Positions 27,079-32,000 of a DNA stretch of 32,000 bases are shown here, one piece after another. Origin of the DNA: Planctopirus limnophila DSM 3776 (GTDB lineage Bacteria > Planctomycetota > Planctomycetia > Planctomycetales > Planctomycetaceae); assembly GCF_000092105.1 (NCBI RefSeq), contig NC_014148.1:870001-902000 (forward strand). The letters run 5' to 3'. Position 1 is the stretch's first letter. Each line of letters starts with the position of its first letter. Made by a program: the position numbers and the translations under genes. The notes under the pieces are model-generated. The model saw only the letters and a list, made by a program, of their open reading frames with translations. It searched no databases and had not been told where the DNA came from.

Positions 27079-30000
27079 ATGGGCACTCTCGACGAAATTC
27101 AGCGACTAAATGATGGCCAGTTTCATCGGCTTGGTGACGACCTGCTACGCAGGAGCGAATCCCGATACCGGCGTCTTCGAACCCACGGTTTGAACGAACG
27201 TGGGGAGAGCATCAAAGGCCAGCCAGATTCCTATGTTGGAGAGACCGCTGCGACTTGTAGCGTGGCGGTTTGTTACACAGTGCAACGATCTGGTTGGTGG
27301 AACAAAGTGGTGCAAGACGTCGGGGAGGCTGTTGCGGCTTGTCCGATGGCGACCGGGGTGGTTGTAGTCATTCCGCACAATGCCGACCGAGATGGCCCCC
27401 AGGACAAGACAATTGATTGGCTTTCAGAGGCACGTGCGGCAGCTGGCAAAGCAATCCTCCGGGTGATCGACGGGCGGGAAATTAGCCAACTGCTCGATAC
27501 GGATCATCAAGACCTGAGACACAACCATCTAGGCATCCCTTACTCCCGCCTCTCTGGGTCTAGTATCCTTGCCAGCTGTCGAATGGCCTCGCAGACTGCA
27601 ATCGATTACATAAGAGGGAGCGGCAGGTATGACCCAGAAAGGTATTCTCACCGGAGTTCCGACAGAGAGCTATATCGGGTGTGGCAGTCGGCGTACCGGT
27701 ACAATGACAGCAGCGACCGGCGTGTTGCCCCTATCCGATTGATCGCACTCGTGAACGACTCTGGGGTTGGGAAGACCAGTCTGGTTTGTGAGCTCACCCG
27801 CACACTTGGGGCGGTTCTTCCGGTTCTGCTCATTCAGGCCCGAGATATCGAGTTCGGTCCGGAGGACAAACTCGTTGCCGCCGTGATAAACTATGCCCAA
27901 GGGTTCCTGGATCCATCTACCCGTGTGATCGAAGAGGCGGCTTTGTCCAAGCTGCTGTCCGGTTCAGTGCCCCTGACGGTAGTGCTGGATGGATTAGATG
28001 AAGCACACAATCCAGAGGCCGTACGCAAAGCAATCACCTTCTGGTTGAGGTCGAAATTGTGCCAGGTCAGCATTTTGGTGGTGACCTCACGTCGGGAGTT
28101 TTGGCAAACCTGTGTGGACTCGTCTTGGGTCAAATGGATGCCCACCTCGAACCTCGACGACCGCTCGCCGGTGAAAGTCGCTGAACGCTTGCAAGTCGAA
28201 AAGAGTGATCCGGCTGCGGGCCTTCCGCTTCCTGACCGCTTCAACGAAGGAGAGCTTGAGGCGGCATGGCTGCGGGCTGGCCGGACTCGTTCGGAGTTGG
28301 CTATCTTGCCAGCCGATGCGAGAGAAGAATTACGTCATCCATTCACGCTCCGAGTGTTTCTTGACCTTCAGATGCAAGAAGGTCTTTCGCCGAAGAAGGT
28401 AACGAGGGCGGCCCTGTTGGAGTGTTGGTTGAATCACCGCCTCGATGCAGAGACGCTTACAAGTGAGCGGATCACCCGCAGCCACTTTCAACAAGCGCTT
28501 CGAATGGTGGCGAGCCGGATTGCCGAAACCAGTCATTGCTCCGTATCCGTGGACGAACTATCGGAAGTGCCTCGTTTTGACTCCTCACATCCGCCGGGTC
28601 CAATCCTTCAACGGATGATTGAAGCGGGCATCCTGGAAAGCCTGCCAAACCAATCCGATCGCATCAGATTTACGGTTGAAACAGTCCAGGACTTCTACCG
28701 GGCTGAAGCGGATGTCGAGGACATCAAGAGCAACCCTGCACATATAGCGGAAGCCTTCTCGCAGCTTCCGTTTACGACGGCGTACTCCAGGCTTGTGCGA
28801 ATAGGGTCCCGGCTCATCGGCGAGGATGTTCGTCACGAGTTCATCCAGCGGCTACTGGAAGCGTCTCCAATAAAAGCTGCCATTGTTGTGCGAGCACATC
28901 CGGATTGCTACACGGCAGAAGTCAGGACAAGAATCGCAGGTGAACTCGGTGCTCAAATCACAGACCGTCATCGTGTTCGGGCTGCGATGGCGATAACTCT
29001 GCTCGGAGAGTTGAACTGTCAAGAAGCTATCGACGTACTTGGGAAGCATCTTCTCCCTCCTGCTGACCTTCACAACGACCTGAAGTCCCTCGGCGCGACA
29101 GCATTTACAAAACTTAGCTATGCTCCCGCCGCGGCTTTTGTATACCGCTGGCAGTGGTTCGGCACGCGCCAAGGCAACGACACTTACTACTTTAAGGATC
29201 TCTTGGCATTCATTCGTGATGCGACATTTGAATTCCGGCTTGCCCTGGCGGATCAGTCCGTCCTACAACTCTCAAGTGCCACTGGTACGAAGGAACATGT
29301 CAATGCAGTGACAGTGCTGGCCTATCTAGGCGATTGCCGTCTTGTGGATCACTTGGCTTCCCGACTCACCCAGAACGTACTGCTCGAGCACTACGAGAAC
29401 CACGCCCTGATTGCCCTCGGATCGGATGCAGCTGGAAGGCTCTTCGCCCAGTCTGTGAAAGCGATTGGGGACCGTCTCGCTCCGCTGCCAGACGATCATG
29501 CTAATAACGATGCTCGGAACGAATTGATCGGACTGGTCCACTTCGTGGTTAGTGACGTGCGCTACCTTTTAACGCCTGCTTTTGAGCCGCATATTAAACA
29601 ACTCATCGAAAATGCCAATCCAGACGTATCATGGATTGCTATTCACTTAGCAAAACGAGCTCATGCCGTATCGCTGCTGTACCCTGCCGCAATAGCCGCT
29701 TCCAAGCGGAGTGGCTGGATTGAGTTGGATCACGGTGAGGAACGAAGTTGCGTGAGTGCCGACGAGTGGTTGAGATGGTGGCGGCAATCAACCGACGTTG
29801 CAATTCGCCAAAAATTACTGAGACTGCTTCCCCGTTACCCGAATGCAGAGATCGAAGAGATCCTTCTAGATTGCCTCGACTTGCCTGAACTGTGTGCATC
29901 AACGGCGACACGGCTTGGAGAATACGGGGCGATCCGCTCGGCACCTCGTCTACGGGAGATTCTTTCCGAAGCGGTCACCACCGATGACCAATCGGCCAAG

Positions 30001-30906
30001 TCGTCAGCCGCTCATGCGTTAGGTGATTTGAGGGACGTGGCTGCAGTGCCGCTTCTGGAGAAGCTTGCCACTGAGCATTCTGACGAATGGGTCGGGCTGC
30101 AAGCGATTGCGAGCCTCGGCCTGATTGGGAACTCAGAAGCCGAGTCCGCCCTAGGCCGTCTTCATCAACTTCAAAAAGGGGACGGCATTGAGGACCACAT
30201 ATTTGAAGCCCTCCTCTGTTGTGGCTCTCCCACGGCAGTCGCAGAGGTGATCAAGCATGCAAGTTCACGACTGGACGGCTCTGAGTGGCTGTGTGAACGA
30301 CTTGGCCGCCTTTCCTGGATGCGTGGGTGGCGATGTGGCGAGTACTACACACATATTTACACAGCTGAGTTAGTTGACTACCTGAAATCTCACTGCAAAC
30401 TGGGCTCCCCTGAAAAGAACTGGGACATTGGGGATGCCTTTCGTCAAATCGATAGCCCGGAAGTTCGGACACTGCTACAGAAGTGGGGGAATCGCCGTGG
30501 ATCGCCTGAAGATGCGGTTGTGCGGGAAAGCGACCAGCGGCGGCTTTCGGATATGTGCTATTGGGAACTTCGAAATCGTGGCGACATATCGGCCATTAGT
30601 TACACACTCGATGAATGTGCTGATGACAGGGACGATATTTACGTCGCACGTGCCGCTCTCCTTCTTCAAACTTTCCCCACCGCTGCAGTTGCCAATCAAC
30701 TTCAGTCACGGCTCAACGTGGCGACAACGATATCCGAGACGCTGAGAATGCTCGCCTTGCTCGGTCGGTTTGGACAGCAGGCTGACGCTGAACTCGCAGC
30801 TAAGTTTGTGAATCATGCTAACGACTTGGTGGCGAATGTGGCATGTGAAACCATGCTGCGTCTGAGCGATCCATTGCTCGTACCGGGTCGCTGGCGAGAG
30901 ATGTAG
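27079..30906 (+). CDS. STAND-class NACHT-type P-loop NTPase with an N-terminal restriction-endonuclease-like module and C-terminal HEAT-like repeats
   Basis: The track ORF is 26950-30906; I prefer the ATG at 27079 (MGTLDEIQRL...), giving ~1275 aa. Walker A is LVNDSGVGKTSLVCEL (Lys codon 27772-27774). The NACHT-style Walker B is LTVVLDGLDEA (27988-28002). Then comes ILVVTSRREFW, followed by a winged-helix-like stretch. From about nt 28990 to the end there are repeated HEAT/PBS-lyase-like units (for example AAMAITLLGELNCQEAIDVLGKHL, NAVTVLAYLGDCRLVDHLASRL, SSAAHALGDLRDVAAVPLLEKLATEHSDEWVGLQAIASLGLIGNSEAESAL). Confidence 0.85.
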   Translation: MGTLDEIQRLNDGQFHRLGDDLLRRSESRYRRLRTHGLNERGESIKGQPDSYVGETAATCSVAVCYTVQRSGWWNKVVQDVGEAVAACPMATGVVVVIPHNADRDGPQDKTIDWLSEARAAAGKAILRVIDGREISQLLDTDHQDLRHNHLGIPYSRLSGSSILASCRMASQTAIDYIRGSGRYDPERYSHRSSDRELYRVWQSAYRYNDSSDRRVAPIRLIALVNDSGVGKTSLVCELTRTLGAVLPVLLIQARDIEFGPEDKLVAAVINYAQGFLDPSTRVIEEAALSKLLSGSVPLTVVLDGLDEAHNPEAVRKAITFWLRSKLCQVSILVVTSRREFWQTCVDSSWVKWMPTSNLDDRSPVKVAERLQVEKSDPAAGLPLPDRFNEGELEAAWLRAGRTRSELAILPADAREELRHPFTLRVFLDLQMQEGLSPKKVTRAALLECWLNHRLDAETLTSERITRSHFQQALRMVASRIAETSHCSVSVDELSEVPRFDSSHPPGPILQRMIEAGILESLPNQSDRIRFTVETVQDFYRAEADVEDIKSNPAHIAEAFSQLPFTTAYSRLVRIGSRLIGEDVRHEFIQRLLEASPIKAAIVVRAHPDCYTAEVRTRIAGELGAQITDRHRVRAAMAITLLGELNCQEAIDVLGKHLLPPADLHNDLKSLGATAFTKLSYAPAAAFVYRWQWFGTRQGNDTYYFKDLLAFIRDATFEFRLALADQSVLQLSSATGTKEHVNAVTVLAYLGDCRLVDHLASRLTQNVLLEHYENHALIALGSDAAGRLFAQSVKAIGDRLAPLPDDHANNDARNELIGLVHFVVSDVRYLLTPAFEPHIKQLIENANPDVSWIAIHLAKRAHAVSLLYPAAIAASKRSGWIELDHGEERSCVSADEWLRWWRQSTDVAIRQKLLRLLPRYPNAEIEEILLDCLDLPELCASTATRLGEYGAIRSAPRLREILSEAVTTDDQSAKSSAAHALGDLRDVAAVPLLEKLATEHSDEWVGLQAIASLGLIGNSEAESALGRLHQLQKGDGIEDHIFEALLCCGSPTAVAEVIKHASSRLDGSEWLCERLGRLSWMRGWRCGEYYTHIYTAELVDYLKSHCKLGSPEKNWDIGDAFRQIDSPEVRTLLQKWGNRRGSPEDAVVRESDQRRLSDMCYWELRNRGDISAISYTLDECADDRDDIYVARAALLLQTFPTAAVANQLQSRLNVATTISETLRMLALLGRFGQQADAELAAKFVNHANDLVANVACETMLRLSDPLLVPGRWREM

Positions 30907-31106
30907 TACTCGAACCGACTATGCGACTGAAACGTTGATTTCTCAAGTTCAGGACCACTGTGGGCTGGGAGGCATGCATAGAAATTAAGGCTCTCAATCA
31001 TCTGTGCAATGCTTGCGGCTCCGCACAAGCATGCTGGACTACCCTTTAACCCGCTCTGGTTTAAAGGACGCGTATAGGTCACTGGTCGCTTGACGGACTG
31101 CACCAT

Positions 31107-31122
31107 TTGATCGATCGATCAA
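31107..31122. repeat. 16-bp perfect palindrome TTGATCGATCGATCAA
   Basis: Read directly from the sequence. It is self-complementary and contains three GATC and two ATCGAT sites. It lies in the convergent spacer between the NACHT gene and the DUF11 gene. Confidence 0.9.
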
Positions 31123-31148
31123 AACAACAGCCGGGATCTCCTGTTGTT
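31123..31148 (-). terminator. Hairpin downstream of the DUF11 gene (candidate intrinsic terminator)
   Basis: AACAACAG (31123-31130) and CTGTTGTT (31141-31148) form an 8-bp perfect stem with a 10-nt loop. Read on the minus strand, the stem runs into TTTTG. An overlapping alternative pairing is CCGGGA (31131-31136) with TCCCGG (31150-31155), followed on the plus strand by CCGTTTTAATTT. Confidence 0.35.
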
Positions 31149-31189
31149 CTCCCGGCCGTTTTAATTTCTGGCGATAGCAGTCGGCTCGT

Positions 31190-32000
31190 TTATCGGCGGG
31201 TGGAGGCTCGGCTTCCAGCAGTATTTGACCCTGGTGCTGCGGGATCGGTGATGACCTGGATTACGTCATCTCGATGGAGTGGTCGGAGCATGTTTTCAGC
31301 CACCACCTGCACACCGATCGGGTTATCCCCTTCGCGAGAGGCTTCTAACTCGAGTTCGAACGGTAATTCGGCTCCAGCCGCCACCGAGCCGGGAATCTGA
31401 AAAATGATCCGCGAACCCTGCTGTGTGTGCTGTACAGGGCCATCCACACTGATGAGCTTCAGGCCGGGAGGGATATCGATCGCCAGTGCAACACTTTGAG
31501 CCGGTGCGCTGCCGCGATTCTTGACGACGAGCCGAGAGTGAACGCGTTCACCCACAGCAATCAGCTTCTCTTCGTTCATCGGGATAATCGTGATTGAAGG
31601 GAGCCCTTCGGCTTTTGCTGTTGCACTGACAGTCGCTTTCGCACCTTCACCACTGATCGCAGAAACTGTGGCAGCCACTTCACCGGTCTGGCGGGCAGTC
31701 AATCGAGTGCTCAATGTTCTTGTGGCCCCGGGTGGGAGCTCACGGATTTCCCAGCTCACGGTGCGCGTTGTGGTATCGAAATCGCCTCCTTCACTGGCAT
31801 CCGCAAAGTCGTAACCGGTTGGGATTTCCTCCACGACTTTGATGTTTCTCAAGACCGCACTGCCCTGATTCTGCACCAGGTTATCAAAGCGGGCCGGGCG
31901 TCCCACGATGGCACGGGAGGGAACCTGATGAGTAATTGCCAGGCCACTCCCCAGAACCACGATCTCCTTCAGAGCTTCAATGGGCCGCATTCCCTGAGCG
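31190..32000 (-). CDS. DUF11 / conserved-repeat-domain (Ig-like fold) surface protein, C-terminal part (5' end beyond the window)
   Basis: The frame remains open upstream of the track's ATG to the window edge. There are two DUF11-like repeats of the form V..G....f...V.N.G...a.nv.v...P.G: IVGRPARFDNLVQNQGSAVLRNIKVVEEIPTGYDF and AVGERVHSRLVVKNRGSAPAQSVALAIDIPPGLKLI. Confidence 0.75.
   Translation of the reverse strand, partial: AQGMRPIEALKEIVVLGSGLAITHQVPSRAIVGRPARFDNLVQNQGSAVLRNIKVVEEIPTGYDFADASEGGDFDTTTRTVSWEIRELPPGATRTLSTRLTARQTGEVAATVSAISGEGAKATVSATAKAEGLPSITIIPMNEEKLIAVGERVHSRLVVKNRGSAPAQSVALAIDIPPGLKLISVDGPVQHTQQGSRIIFQIPGSVAAGAELPFELELEASREGDNPIGVQVVAENMLRPLHRDDVIQVITDPAAPGSNTAGSRASTRR

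Noticed and set aside
26716-31189. Classical genomic-island boundaries around the NACHT gene (tRNA, integrase, transposase, long direct repeats, GC shift)
   Set aside because: None is visible. There is no tRNA or recombinase gene, bulk GC is similar to the flanks, and only short REP-like elements and a codon-usage difference are present. An island call is not supported beyond the single gene.
30813-31400. Two 97-aa ORFs (30813-31106 minus strand, 31107-31400 plus strand) in or around the convergent spacer
   Set aside because: Each overlaps the end of a strongly supported neighbour or the hairpin-rich spacer, neither has recognisable motifs, and both meet exactly at the palindrome. They are most likely chance frames.

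Overview
Gene-dense chromosomal segment, roughly 53-55% GC by eye. It holds 17 protein-coding genes, with both edge genes truncated. I saw no rRNA, tRNA, CRISPR array, transposase or integrase. The gene content (DUF1080 and DUF11 proteins, a giant hybrid sensor kinase, an isolated murE-murF pair, large TPR and HEAT proteins) and the GAA/GTC/CTC-rich codon style suggest a planctomycete-like genome; this is inference only. Left to right: a heavy-metal RND efflux operon on the minus strand (small Cys/His-rich ORF, His-rich adaptor, CusA/CzcA permease running off the left edge); rnd; a PhyH-family oxygenase; recJ; a TPR protein; a DUF1080 protein; a polysaccharide deacetylase; an Amt-domain-fused hybrid histidine kinase followed 50 nt later by a REC-HD-GYP response regulator; murF and murE; a divergent short UvrA paralogue; glnA with a sigma-54-type promoter candidate; a ~1275-aa STAND/NACHT NTPase with HEAT-like C-terminal repeats; and the 3' part of a DUF11 repeat protein. 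Three things deserve a second look. (1) The lone NACHT-HEAT protein has an Mrr-like N-terminal module, sits between housekeeping glnA and a convergent gene, is bracketed by REP-like elements and has visibly different codon usage, so it is a candidate single-gene immune sensor. (2) The Amt-sensor kinase and HD-GYP pair is a candidate ammonium-to-c-di-GMP signalling module. (3) A family of GTAG-prefixed hairpin (REP/BIME-like) elements recurs in the recJ and glnA downstream spacers. All domain calls come from motif recognition by eye; no database search was possible.
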